In this document: in pieces, positions 34,061-42,785 of the stretch
Layout: each line of letters starts with the position of its first letter
How positions within the stretch are numbered: the stretch's first letter is position 1
Origin: Bacillota bacterium
GTDB taxonomy: Bacteria > Bacillota > Clostridia > Christensenellales > UBA1242
Assembly (NCBI GenBank): GCA_009780065.1
Contig: WRAS01000005.1
Location: 7,013-71,012, forward strand
Direction: 5' to 3'
DNA: 64,000 nt
The notes under the pieces: generated by a model
The model's database searches: none
Seen by the model: only the letters and a program-made list of their open reading frames with translations
Told to the model about the DNA's origin: nothing
Made by a program: the position numbers and the translations under genes

Positions 34061-35641
34061 ATGAACCAAAAGATTGCAGACCTTATTTTTCCAAGTGCTA
34101 AGCCAACGGATTATTGGACCCAGAAATATCCCGTGAGAAAAACAAATGCGTTTAGATATGCACCCAGTCCAACTGGTTATTTGCATGTAGGCGGGCTTGG
34201 AATGGCCTTGGCGTGTCGTTTTCTTGCCACCAATAACAAAGGAATATTATTTCTGCGTGTCGAGGACACCGACCAAAAAAGAGAAATAGAAGGGGCAACA
34301 GAACTCCTTGTAGCAGCCTTAGATGAATTTGGAATTACATTTGACGAAGGATTTGATGGCAAAAAGAACAAAGGAAAATATGCACCATACAGACAAAGCG
34401 ACCGAACAGAAATTTATCAAGCATTTGCAAAAAAACTTTTGATAGATGGAAATGCATACCCATGCTTTTGCAGTGCGGAGGACATCACAAAAATCCGTGA
34501 AGAACAAGCAGGGAAAAAGCAAGAAATTGGCTATCATGGTAAATATGCAAGATGTGCAGGGCTGTCAGTTGAAGAGATTGAAAAACTTGTCAAGGATAAA
34601 AAAGAATTTGTTATAAGATTTAACCCAGACAAAACGCGAGAAGTAGAACGTATAGAATGGAACGATGACATACGCGGAAAGATGTCATTACCCGCAATTA
34701 ATAACCATCCTGTGATAATTAAGTCTAATGGACTGCCGCCATATAATTTTGCCCATGTTGTGGATGACTTTTTAATGGGAACGTCACATGTCTTGCGGGG
34801 CGAAGAATGGCTGCCATCTACCGCGGAACATATTCAAATAGCAGAAGCCACATTGGGTGCAATAACATGGTCTTATGGACACATGCCGGTAATTACGATT
34901 ATGGATGATGGTGGCAAACGAAAATTGTCCAAACGAAAAGATAAATGTGCACTTGCAGATAATTTGTTGCAAGAAGGGTATCCAAAACAAGCGGTCATTG
35001 AATATCTTTTAACGCTGTATAATGGTGACTTTGAGAAATGGCGGTTGCAAAACCCGGATGCGGGGTATACACAATTTAACTTTAGATTTGAAAAGATTGG
35101 TACCAATAACCCATTATTTGATATTAAAAAGTTGGAACATATATCGCGCGAAATAATTTCCAAAAAAACCAAGAAGCAAATCAACGATGCGGTAACAGAA
35201 TATCTGGCAAAATACAACCCCCAGTCCAGAGGTGTTATGGAAAAGATATTTGGGATCCTTGCCATTGACCGTGAATCACCAAAACCGCGAAAAGATATCG
35301 CCAAATACAGTGAAATATTAACCGAGTATGATTATATGATAACCCGTCCGAATATATCTGTAGACAGAGGACAACAGACAATAGCATTAGAATTTTTGCA
35401 GACATTCAACATAAAAGATGATAGGGAAACATGGTTTGAAAAAATTAAAGTAGTTGCAAAGAAATTGGGGTATGCCGATAATATGAAAGACTATAAAAAC
35501 AATCCCGCCGCATACAAAGGCAGCATCGGCGACGTCACACAATCAATCAGACTAATGGTAACTGGAAAACCTAACACACCAGACCTGTATGAAATCATGA
35601 AGGTATTGGGCAACGACGAGGTTCGAACTAGGCTGAAATAA
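34061..35641 (+). CDS. gltX: Glutamate--tRNA ligase
   Basis: FRYAPSPTGYLHVGG is the HIGH-type region and KLSKRK is the KMSKS-type motif. 526 aa. TGG-TATCAT (-10 at 34049-34054) lies 6 nt before the ATG. Confidence 0.9.
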   Translation: MNQKIADLIFPSAKPTDYWTQKYPVRKTNAFRYAPSPTGYLHVGGLGMALACRFLATNNKGILFLRVEDTDQKREIEGATELLVAALDEFGITFDEGFDGKKNKGKYAPYRQSDRTEIYQAFAKKLLIDGNAYPCFCSAEDITKIREEQAGKKQEIGYHGKYARCAGLSVEEIEKLVKDKKEFVIRFNPDKTREVERIEWNDDIRGKMSLPAINNHPVIIKSNGLPPYNFAHVVDDFLMGTSHVLRGEEWLPSTAEHIQIAEATLGAITWSYGHMPVITIMDDGGKRKLSKRKDKCALADNLLQEGYPKQAVIEYLLTLYNGDFEKWRLQNPDAGYTQFNFRFEKIGTNNPLFDIKKLEHISREIISKKTKKQINDAVTEYLAKYNPQSRGVMEKIFGILAIDRESPKPRKDIAKYSEILTEYDYMITRPNISVDRGQQTIALEFLQTFNIKDDRETWFEKIKVVAKKLGYADNMKDYKNNPAAYKGSIGDVTQSIRLMVTGKPNTPDLYEIMKVLGNDEVRTRLK

Positions 35642-35708
35642 ATTTTCTGCTTGTGTTTGAATGAAAAAGTTATTATAATATATAATATAAAAAACCTAGG
35701 AGATAAAA

Positions 35709-36170
35709 ATGGAATTTATTAAAAAGAATGGTGCGAAAATTGTAATTGCTGCAATTGCACTTACGGGACTTGTTTTGATGTTGATATATTTATTTAGTAT
35801 CAACCAATTACCAGAAGCCTTTCAACCGGACTTCATGGGATTAACAATGGTGATTGGATACGCCATATTCTTTGCTGGTGTGGTTGCGGTATGTGTATGT
35901 AGCATTCTGAACGTATGCAAATGTATTCGTGGATGGATTTTGTTGGTGGTGGGTGTTCTTGTTACCACATTTATGTCACTTGCGTTGGCGGATACAATTC
36001 AAAACTGGGAACATGTTTACCGTCCATTTGGAACACCACAACATCTTCCGGCGGAAGACACCTGGGCAAAGTTTGTAATATTCCCGGTCGTGGTTCAATT
36101 GTTCGTGTTTGGTCTATTCCCACTGGTAAAGGGTGCAAAGAAACTGCTTTGTTCTAAAAAAGAAGATTAA
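35709..36170 (+). CDS. Hypothetical four-helix membrane protein
   Basis: 153 aa, hydrophobic. SD AGGAG. Confidence 0.6.
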   Translation: MEFIKKNGAKIVIAAIALTGLVLMLIYLFSINQLPEAFQPDFMGLTMVIGYAIFFAGVVAVCVCSILNVCKCIRGWILLVVGVLVTTFMSLALADTIQNWEHVYRPFGTPQHLPAEDTWAKFVIFPVVVQLFVFGLFPLVKGAKKLLCSKKED

Positions 36171-36189
36171 TATTAACAAACTAAAAAGG

Positions 36190-36226
36190 AACCCATCTTG
36201 ACAAAAGGTGGGTTTTTTGGTATATT
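36190..36226 (+). promoter_or_regulatory. Terminator hairpin of 35709..36170 overlapping a promoter TTGACA-17-TATATT
   Basis: AACCCA (36190-36195) pairs with TGGGTT (36209-36214), followed by a T-run. TTGACA at 36198-36203 and TGG-TATATT at 36218-36226. Confidence 0.5.
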
Positions 36227-36441
36227 GTGTAATGAATATATGCAAAAAACTAAATTTTCAAAGTATCTAGAAGCACATAACTATCAGGAGGATCCAGACA
36301 TTCTTCGTAATTAGAAAGATTCAAAGAATTCTGTCGAGATTTTCGCGACAACCAATTTTAACCGTTGAACATATAATGTAATGACAGTCTCTGTTTACAT
36401 ATCATTCCAAACAGGGAAGATATGTTAAGAGGAGGATATTT

Positions 36442-36576
36442 ATGTCATTACTTGCTGGGCTTGCCATTGGTGGTCTTTGGGGATGTTGTGCGTGTGGACA
36501 TCGTCACGACCGTTGTGAACGCCGTCGACACCATGATTGTTGCCACAGACATTGCTGCCACTGTTGTTGCTGGTAA
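36442..36576 (+). CDS. Unannotated 44-codon Cys/His-rich peptide MSLLAGLAIGGLWGCCACGHRHDRCERRRHHDCCHRHCCHCCCW
   Basis: Below the ORF-track cutoff and in a different frame from the listed 36422..36682 ORF. Perfect SD AGGAGG (36430-36435) lies 6 nt before the ATG. TAA stop, followed 7 nt later by a strong terminator. Contains 11 Cys and 7 His. Confidence 0.6.
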   Translation: MSLLAGLAIGGLWGCCACGHRHDRCERRRHHDCCHRHCCHCCCW

Positions 36577-36582
36577 AGTTTT

Positions 36583-36612
36583 AAAAAAAGCCGAGGTTAT
36601 TCTCGGCTTTTT
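36583..36612. terminator. Bidirectional intrinsic terminator
   Basis: An A-run, GCCGAG-GTTATT-CTCGGC, then a T-run. It serves the peptide gene and the convergent 36633..37298 gene. Confidence 0.8.
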
Positions 36613-36632
36613 AAATAGCAACTTTGGTATGA

Positions 36633-37298
36633 TTATGCCTCTACAAGTTGTTTTGCCTCATTCTCGATTTCTACGGATATAACATCTTCGGTAACTGGGC
36701 TGGTGTCTTGTTTTGGTTTTTCTGGCTTTGTCTTTGTTGTTGGCTTCTCTTGTATTGGTTCTGGGCGAGTTTGTTTATTTTCTTTGAATGAAACTAGTTT
36801 CAGTTCCAATGTCTTGAATTCAAAGCCAAGCGCTTGTTTGTATTCGTCCGTCAGGGCTTTGTTGACCTTGTCCATAACTATGCCTGCTTTAATCTCTTGT
36901 TCGTCGTCTGCTTTTATTTTAATTGCGGCTTTCATAATAACTTCGTTATTGCTGTCCACGAACAAATGTATGTGTTTTATCTTCGCGTGCTCGATCCCGG
37001 CAACCGCTTTCTTTGCCAGTTTACGAATAACCCCCACAGATGCGTTTAAGATGCTATCTTTGGTTTTGAACAGTAGGATTTGCTTAATCTTTTCGCGCTC
37101 GGAAAATGCGGACCAAACATTTACCGTAACCAATGCAATAAATATCAATGCAAATATACCAAACAATGAATGTACCACGCCGTTATTGGCCTCCACCGCA
37201 ACATCTGTATTCAAAATCAGCACAAGCGTAAACACAACAAAAATCAACGCCATGACCGCCATCGATATAGCAACCATTTTTTCGAAACCTTTTTTCAT
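36633..37298 (-). CDS. Asp23/AmaP-like (alkaline-shock family) membrane-anchored protein, tentative
   Basis: Two N-terminal TM helices are followed by an Asp23-like pattern: IEHAKIKHIHLFVDSNNEVIMKAAIKIKADDEQEIKAGIVMDKVNKALTDEYKQALGFEFKTLELKLVSF. The start is taken at the ATG after GGAGG. Confidence 0.45.
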   Translation of the reverse strand: MKKGFEKMVAISMAVMALIFVVFTLVLILNTDVAVEANNGVVHSLFGIFALIFIALVTVNVWSAFSEREKIKQILLFKTKDSILNASVGVIRKLAKKAVAGIEHAKIKHIHLFVDSNNEVIMKAAIKIKADDEQEIKAGIVMDKVNKALTDEYKQALGFEFKTLELKLVSFKENKQTRPEPIQEKPTTKTKPEKPKQDTSPVTEDVISVEIENEAKQLVEA

Positions 37299-37479
37299 AT
37301 AAACCTCCAATCAAATTATAACATACATGATACACCCAACGCAAAATAAAATGACCACCTAGACCCTAGTGGGTCCAGGGGTCACCCCTGGTGGCGGAGA
37401 GCAGGTGTTCTAAATTGAACCAAGATTATGATCTTGTAATCATTGTTAATGGTGTTGCTGGGATAATTGTGTATATAAA

Positions 37480-38097
37480 TTAGTTGTAGTCATATTCTTG
37501 GTCTGCACCATATAACATTTTGGCTTCCGAAATAGCACTTGATTTTATAGCATGATCAGGCATGTTTAGATATTGCTGGAAATATTTCTTGAGAAAGAGC
37601 ATGGAATATTCGATTGCATCGGACTCTCGCAGTTGGGTCACTCTAGGCCAATATTGTTGATTTTGGTAGATATGTCGCAATTCATGTGGCACCCATTTCT
37701 TCATGTAACTTGCAGGGGTAAAGCCATCGTCCCAAATCCTGAAAAGTACATCATTACTACCTTCAAGCACAACTCCACCCCATCCTCTCATCCAATTAGG
37801 AGGTGGATTCTGCATTGTTGCTAACAATACTGTCGGCTTGGGATCTAAGGACAAATCTCTACAAGAACCTTCACTTAAAGCACGAATTGTATTTAATTTT
37901 CTGCCATAACTGAAATCCTTGTCAAATTCTTTTTCGGCTTTAAAGATTGCCACTGAATCCTCAAAGCAAAATTCTTGCGACTCTTCTGTATCAAAAATTG
38001 AAAATACTTCATTGCATGCTGCAATCTCTGCTTTAGGCATAGACCCTTTGTAAATATCAAAGTAATTATCCAGCTTTACAAGACCTTTATATTCCAT
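37480..38097 (-). CDS. Hypothetical protein with an HExxH motif (possible zinc metallopeptidase)
   Basis: 205 aa, KKWVPHELRHIYQNQ. TGATATAAT (-10 at 38108-38103) lies 5 nt before the ATG, with no SD. Confidence 0.5.
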   Translation of the reverse strand: MEYKGLVKLDNYFDIYKGSMPKAEIAACNEVFSIFDTEESQEFCFEDSVAIFKAEKEFDKDFSYGRKLNTIRALSEGSCRDLSLDPKPTVLLATMQNPPPNWMRGWGGVVLEGSNDVLFRIWDDGFTPASYMKKWVPHELRHIYQNQQYWPRVTQLRESDAIEYSMLFLKKYFQQYLNMPDHAIKSSAISEAKMLYGADQEYDYN

Positions 38098-38201
38098 CGT
38101 AAATTATATCATTTATGTTTTTCATTTTCAAGACTCGAGTGAAAATGATGCAAAAACAAAAGCGATCCAACCCGAACCAAGAGTTCAAATTAGACCGCAG
38201 T

Positions 38202-38293
38202 TGGCGGAGAGTACTGGATTCGAACCAGTGACCAGCTTTTGACCGGTGCCTTCTTAGCAGGAAGGTGGTTTAGACCAACTCACCCAACTCTCC
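38202..38293 (-). tRNA. tRNA-Ser (anticodon GCU), CCA encoded
   Basis: The minus strand reads GGAGAGTTGGGTGAGTTGGTCTAAACCACCTTCCTGCTAAGAAGGCACCGGTCAAAAGCTGGTCACTGGTTCGAATCCAGTACTCTCCGCCA. The acceptor stem is GGAGAGT/ACTCTCC, the anticodon stem-loop is CCTTC-CTGCTAA-GAAGG, and there is a long variable arm and a GGTTCGAATCC T-arm. Confidence 0.9.
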
Positions 38294-38351
38294 AAACAAT
38301 ATATTATACATATTTATTAACAATTTGGCAAGTTTTAATTTTGGTGCAAAA

Positions 38352-38380
38352 AGAAAAAAAGCCGCTCAGACGGCTTTTAT
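38352..38380 (-). terminator. Intrinsic terminator after 38385..39398
   Basis: GCCG-TCTGAG-CGGC hairpin followed by a T-run on the minus strand. Confidence 0.7.
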
Positions 38381-38384
38381 TTTT

Positions 38385-39398
38385 TTAATCTTGGTCTCTT
38401 GTTCTTCGTGATTCTGATGTATTTCCCACCGCTTCTTGTTCTTTGTCCTCTAAGATAGATAATACACTGCGCCCTATTTCTTCCAAATTTCGGATAGTTG
38501 TTCTTGGTGTCTCTGTTCGTTCAGATTTTTCGGCGTGTTTGTTTTGTATATTTCTCTCGGCTATGTGTGCTGCAGACAAATGACTAGAAGGTGCTTGGAT
38601 ATTTCGCTCTGCTATATGTGCTGCGGATAAATTTCCAGACGGGGCGGTATCCTCTGATTCAATTCGATTCGCTTCTCTGAAGGCCACGGCTGGATTTCTG
38701 GAGGGTTCAGATGCTCGCAAAGCCGATCTTTCTTCTGCTCGCATTGTTTCGTATGTTTCAAAAAGACGGTAGACCCAATTTGTTGTTCTGTCGTAAACGT
38801 TTACCCAGTCGCTGATATGCCCGCCTTGGCGTTGCAAATCCCATAAACAATTTCCATTTTCATCAAACAACCATACATGTCCATCTCTCATTTCCACATA
38901 CGCGGTACGATTACCAATACATGCAAGAGGAGACGAACCTACACGAATTGAACCCGGGATAAATGTGTCGCCCTGTGTTTGAGTCGTATCGGTTAGAACT
39001 GTATCGTTAGTTTGAACTGCGTCGTTTTGTGCTTCCAGAATTCTTTGGATGGCTTCTTCTTTTGTTTCTAGAATACTTTGTACAGTCTGTGACATCCCAG
39101 TTGATCCAACATCGGGTTTATCAAGATTTTCTAACTTGTCCACTGCAGGTATTTCTAAACCGCCTGGTCTTGCAACCTGAAAGCCCTCTTTGGTGGCAAG
39201 GAGAGTGTCTTGTGTCTCTTCTGCATGCTTTATTTTGTGTTCATATTGTGAACCTGTTGCAGCAGCATCACTGTCTCCGGAAAGCAAAACTGCACCTGTA
39301 CCACCGCCAATGGCAAGGAGAGTCAACGCCGCCGCAGCCTTCTTTTGCTTGCTAGTTAATATAGGATCTTTTGCATAGTATGATTTTTTCTTTGCCAT
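38385..39398 (-). CDS. Hypothetical membrane-anchored protein with a short tandem repeat
   Basis: 337 aa. SD GGAGG. N-terminal anchor AAALTLLAIGGGTGAVLL. LSAAHIAERNIQ occurs twice in tandem near the C-terminus. Confidence 0.6.
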   Translation of the reverse strand: MAKKKSYYAKDPILTSKQKKAAAALTLLAIGGGTGAVLLSGDSDAAATGSQYEHKIKHAEETQDTLLATKEGFQVARPGGLEIPAVDKLENLDKPDVGSTGMSQTVQSILETKEEAIQRILEAQNDAVQTNDTVLTDTTQTQGDTFIPGSIRVGSSPLACIGNRTAYVEMRDGHVWLFDENGNCLWDLQRQGGHISDWVNVYDRTTNWVYRLFETYETMRAEERSALRASEPSRNPAVAFREANRIESEDTAPSGNLSAAHIAERNIQAPSSHLSAAHIAERNIQNKHAEKSERTETPRTTIRNLEEIGRSVLSILEDKEQEAVGNTSESRRTRDQD

Positions 39399-39436
39399 AA
39401 AACCTCCAATAGATAAAAAGTTTGTGTAAATAAGTT

Positions 39437-39928
39437 TTAATCACGCTCAACTTCCGCGCCGATGGTGGGATCATTAGCCGGATTTTTATAAAAGGGTTCA
39501 ATGTTCTTTGTATCTCTTGTGGTTTCTGTTTCTGATTTGTAACCCACTTTGAAATCTCCTAAACGGGCGTGTTGCTTTTGAATTTCGCACACATCTTCTT
39601 TTTCACAGGCTTTTTGGCCATGCTCGACTGCTTCGTTTGCTATTTCTGATTGTGCATATTCTGCTTCTGCGATGAAATGATCATTAAACATCTTTTGTAC
39701 ATTTTTTGGAAGTAATTCAAATTTGGAAGCAATTGCTACTGCTGTTGCCTGTTGTGGTGCAACACGTTTTAAATTCAAGTCAGAATTGCCTGGTGACATT
39801 TTATAGTCAGGGCTCTTAAATGGTATCCGAGATTTTGTACGCAGCAAATCTAATATATCGTTTGCGATTTCTTTGTCTTTGGGATCTTTTATTAAGGTAA
39901 CCTTTTTTTCAAGTTCTTTTAGTTTCAT
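39437..39928 (-). CDS. Hypothetical protein
   Basis: 163-aa ORF with SD AGGAG. Confidence 0.55.
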   Translation of the reverse strand: MKLKELEKKVTLIKDPKDKEIANDILDLLRTKSRIPFKSPDYKMSPGNSDLNLKRVAPQQATAVAIASKFELLPKNVQKMFNDHFIAEAEYAQSEIANEAVEHGQKACEKEDVCEIQKQHARLGDFKVGYKSETETTRDTKNIEPFYKNPANDPTIGAEVERD

Positions 39929-40062
39929 TGAAGTTCTCCTTTGTATTATTCTAAATTTATACTAATTATATATTAAATTGTGCATTCCCGTCAATGAATA
40001 TATATACCGCAACAGTATCATAAATATTTTGTTAACTTTGTTACAACGTGATAAACTATGAC

Positions 40063-40968
40063 ATGAAAATCTACGGAGACTACCACACGCATTCTGAATT
40101 TTCGCGCGATGGAACTGCAACTATTGATGCCATGGTTAAAACCGCGAAAGAAATTGGATTGCACGAAATTGCAATAACAGATCACGGGTCACGTGCGTTT
40201 ATTAACGGGTGCAAGACCAAGAATTATAAACATATACGCGCCCTAATAGATAAAGCCAAACAAGAATATGGAATTCCCGTATATTTCGGGGTGGAGGCCA
40301 ATTTGACAGGGCGAAACGGGCAAATTGATGTTGCCGAGGATTTTCGTCGTGACATAGACATTTTATTGTGCGGAATTCATCCAGGGGTTTGGCCGGCAAA
40401 ATTCTGGGATATTTTTACATTTTTGATTCCCAATTACTTTTGTTTTATTTTCAGATGGTTTCCAAAAAGCCGAGTTCGCCGAAATACCCACGCTATGATT
40501 AATGCAATTGAAAAGAATGATATAGACATTTGGACACACCCAAACAGATACTTTAAACTGAATGTATTGGAGGTTGCAAAAACATGTGTCGAGCGGGGTA
40601 CGTTGATAGAATTGAACGGAAAACAGGGGATTAACTTTCGTCCCATAGATTTCGAAAGAATGTTAGAAGTCGGTGCAAAATTCGTAATAAACAGTGACGC
40701 ACACAGAACCAAAGACGTCGGTCAAATAGACAGGGTGACCGAGTTTTTGAAAAACTGTGACTGGCAGGAGAGTGATATTGTAAACCTGCATGGTCCATTA
40801 AAACGTGAATCACATGTTTTGGAAAAAATAATTGAAGAACACCAAATTGATGGCGAAACGAATATTATCCAAGACGAAATTTTTACAATTGATAAGAAAG
40901 AACAAAAGCGTCTTGCAAAGGAACAGAAAAAACGCGAAAAAGAAATCAGGAAAAAAGCAATTAATTAA
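40063..40968 (+). CDS. PHP-domain (histidinol-phosphatase-like) metal-dependent phosphoesterase
   Basis: MKIYGDYHTHSEFSRDGTATIDAMVKTAKEIGLHEIAITDHG is the PHP motif. The start is chosen at the ATG 5 nt after TG-A-TAAACT (40052-40057). Confidence 0.8.
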   Translation: MKIYGDYHTHSEFSRDGTATIDAMVKTAKEIGLHEIAITDHGSRAFINGCKTKNYKHIRALIDKAKQEYGIPVYFGVEANLTGRNGQIDVAEDFRRDIDILLCGIHPGVWPAKFWDIFTFLIPNYFCFIFRWFPKSRVRRNTHAMINAIEKNDIDIWTHPNRYFKLNVLEVAKTCVERGTLIELNGKQGINFRPIDFERMLEVGAKFVINSDAHRTKDVGQIDRVTEFLKNCDWQESDIVNLHGPLKRESHVLEKIIEEHQIDGETNIIQDEIFTIDKKEQKRLAKEQKKREKEIRKKAIN

Positions 40969-41549
40969 TGAGCATAATCAACAAAGCAAAACACGAAATC
41001 CAAAAGAAATCCTACAGCGACCAGGACGCGGCTTCGGTTGCAAATACGTTTTATTATAATGCAAGTGGTTCTGTGACCAAAGGTTACCATGTGGAATTTT
41101 CTTTTGATAATTATGATACGGCAAAGGATTTTAGCGAAACATTGGCGGCTTATGATATGTTTCCCAAGTTGATGGAAAGGAATGAAAAAGTATTTGTATA
41201 TTTAAAGAGTGGCGAGTGTTTGTGTAATCTGCTGGCACTTATTGGTGCGGGCAATGCGTTGATGGATTTGCATAATGAGATTGCCTTGCGAACCGTACGA
41301 AATAATGCAAACCGTGCCGCCAATTGTGATACAGCCAATATTCAAAAGCAAATTGATGCCGCCAAACACCAAATAGAATTCATAACTAATCTTGCACAAA
41401 GCGGTGCGTTGGGCCGGTTGTCACCAAAGTTACAAGAAACCGCACTAGCGCGTTTGGATAACCCAGATGCCAGTTACGATGAGTTGGCAAAGATTCTTTG
41501 TATAACCAAAAGCGGTATAGTTAACCGTTTAAAAAAAATTATGGAGTAG
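40968..41549 (+). CDS. whiA: WhiA-like DNA-binding protein, short form (second LAGLIDADG-like domain plus HTH; N-terminal ~110 aa of canonical WhiA absent)
   Basis: LLALIGAGNALMDLHNEIALRTVRNNANRAANCDTANIQKQIDAAKHQIEFI...YDELAKILCITKSGIVNRLKKI matches the conserved WhiA core and C-terminal HTH. Confidence 0.75.
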   Translation: MSIINKAKHEIQKKSYSDQDAASVANTFYYNASGSVTKGYHVEFSFDNYDTAKDFSETLAAYDMFPKLMERNEKVFVYLKSGECLCNLLALIGAGNALMDLHNEIALRTVRNNANRAANCDTANIQKQIDAAKHQIEFITNLAQSGALGRLSPKLQETALARLDNPDASYDELAKILCITKSGIVNRLKKIME

Positions 41550-41552
41550 TAA

Positions 41553-42785
41553 ATGGGCGCATTTCATATCATAGGAATCTTATTAATTGGTGTAACAGCA
41601 TTATTCGTATTGCCACTGTTGGTATATCGTGTTATCTACATGGGGACCAAACGTGAAAACGACCCAAGGGATTTTGTAATGCGTACGGGAAAAGGGATAC
41701 AATTATTTTTTCTGGGTGTCGCGGTAATTTTGGCGGTTATTGTGGGGTTAACGTTATTTACCGACCTTGGTGCAAATAACGCAGATGATCAGATCTTTGC
41801 ATTGATTGTGGCAATGACACTTGCGTTTGTGCTGTTTATGATATTGCTGGTGCGAAGATTAAATATCATCGTCAAAGGTGATAACGTAACGGTTTCCACA
41901 ATATTTGGCAGAGCACGCGAATTTGATTTCCGCAATATAGCAGGTGCGCATGAAATAACAATAGACGGCAGTATGGGAACGTTAAGTATCAAAGTTATCG
42001 ACCCAACTGGCGCGGAAGACAAGTTCTCTGTGCGTCCATATATGACGGGATTGGAAACATTTCTTTTACGAATGATTGAACAACGAACACCAATACAAGT
42101 TGTCAGCAAACGCATGACAAAGTTGCTGCTACCATTGCTTCCAGATGATTGGGACAGAATGGATATTCCCAATTATAGCGATGATGAACAAATACAATTC
42201 AACTTCGAAGAAAATCTGACGAGGCTGGTATTCGTAGATGGGACCAGTGACAAGTTTTGGCATATCAATTACTTTTATGACTCCACGTTTGTACATTATG
42301 GACGAAATGGAACAATGGGCCAGGTGGATGTAAAAATTCATACAGATGAAGACGTTTCGCCAATCGTTGCGAAGCAAATTTCGGAAAAATTGCGAAAAGG
42401 ATACAAACATTATAATAAAACATCACATCACGATGATGCTTTGAAGTTATTAAAGGACATATACGAAATCGCAAATACTATGGTCAATATGGCAATTGAT
42501 GCGGATGATGGGTTTATGGGCGACGAATCTATCGCACACTTTGGTGCGGTAAAACAACTGGGTGAACAGTTCTTGTCACTGGTAATACAAAACAAAGGTG
42601 ACGAAGCCAAGATAAGATCACTTGTTAAAACATTTGTGGAAAAATTAAATCACATCCAAGACGAAACCGATGCAATAGAAACGGTGGAGAGGGAAATGCT
42701 TTATGACTTTATTGTGGGAGTAATGAAACTTGGTGGGGTGAATGTTGGGGACGAAGACCCAACCGAAGAATACAGAGAGTGGTAA
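41553..42785 (+). CDS. Membrane protein with a WGR domain
   Basis: N-terminal TM helices. RLVFVDGTSDKFWHINYFYDSTFVHYGRNGTMGQVDVKIH fits the WGR pattern. Confidence 0.65.
   Translation: MGAFHIIGILLIGVTALFVLPLLVYRVIYMGTKRENDPRDFVMRTGKGIQLFFLGVAVILAVIVGLTLFTDLGANNADDQIFALIVAMTLAFVLFMILLVRRLNIIVKGDNVTVSTIFGRAREFDFRNIAGAHEITIDGSMGTLSIKVIDPTGAEDKFSVRPYMTGLETFLLRMIEQRTPIQVVSKRMTKLLLPLLPDDWDRMDIPNYSDDEQIQFNFEENLTRLVFVDGTSDKFWHINYFYDSTFVHYGRNGTMGQVDVKIHTDEDVSPIVAKQISEKLRKGYKHYNKTSHHDDALKLLKDIYEIANTMVNMAIDADDGFMGDESIAHFGAVKQLGEQFLSLVIQNKGDEAKIRSLVKTFVEKLNHIQDETDAIETVEREMLYDFIVGVMKLGGVNVGDEDPTEEYREW

Noticed and set aside
36422-36682. 86-aa ORF from the track
   Set aside because: It has no SD, runs through the bidirectional terminator at 36583-36612, and overlaps the convergent gene. 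The 44-codon frame at 36442..36576 has a perfect AGGAGG and stops just before the terminator, so it is the better model.
36703-37302. 199-aa plus-strand ORF
   Set aside because: It lies antisense to the Asp23/AmaP-like gene, which has an SD and a sensible domain pattern.
38560-38640. Short direct DNA repeat that could be mistaken for a repeat array
   Set aside because: There are only two copies, they lie in frame inside a CDS (the LSAAHIAERNIQ duplication), and there is no spacer architecture. This is not a CRISPR array.
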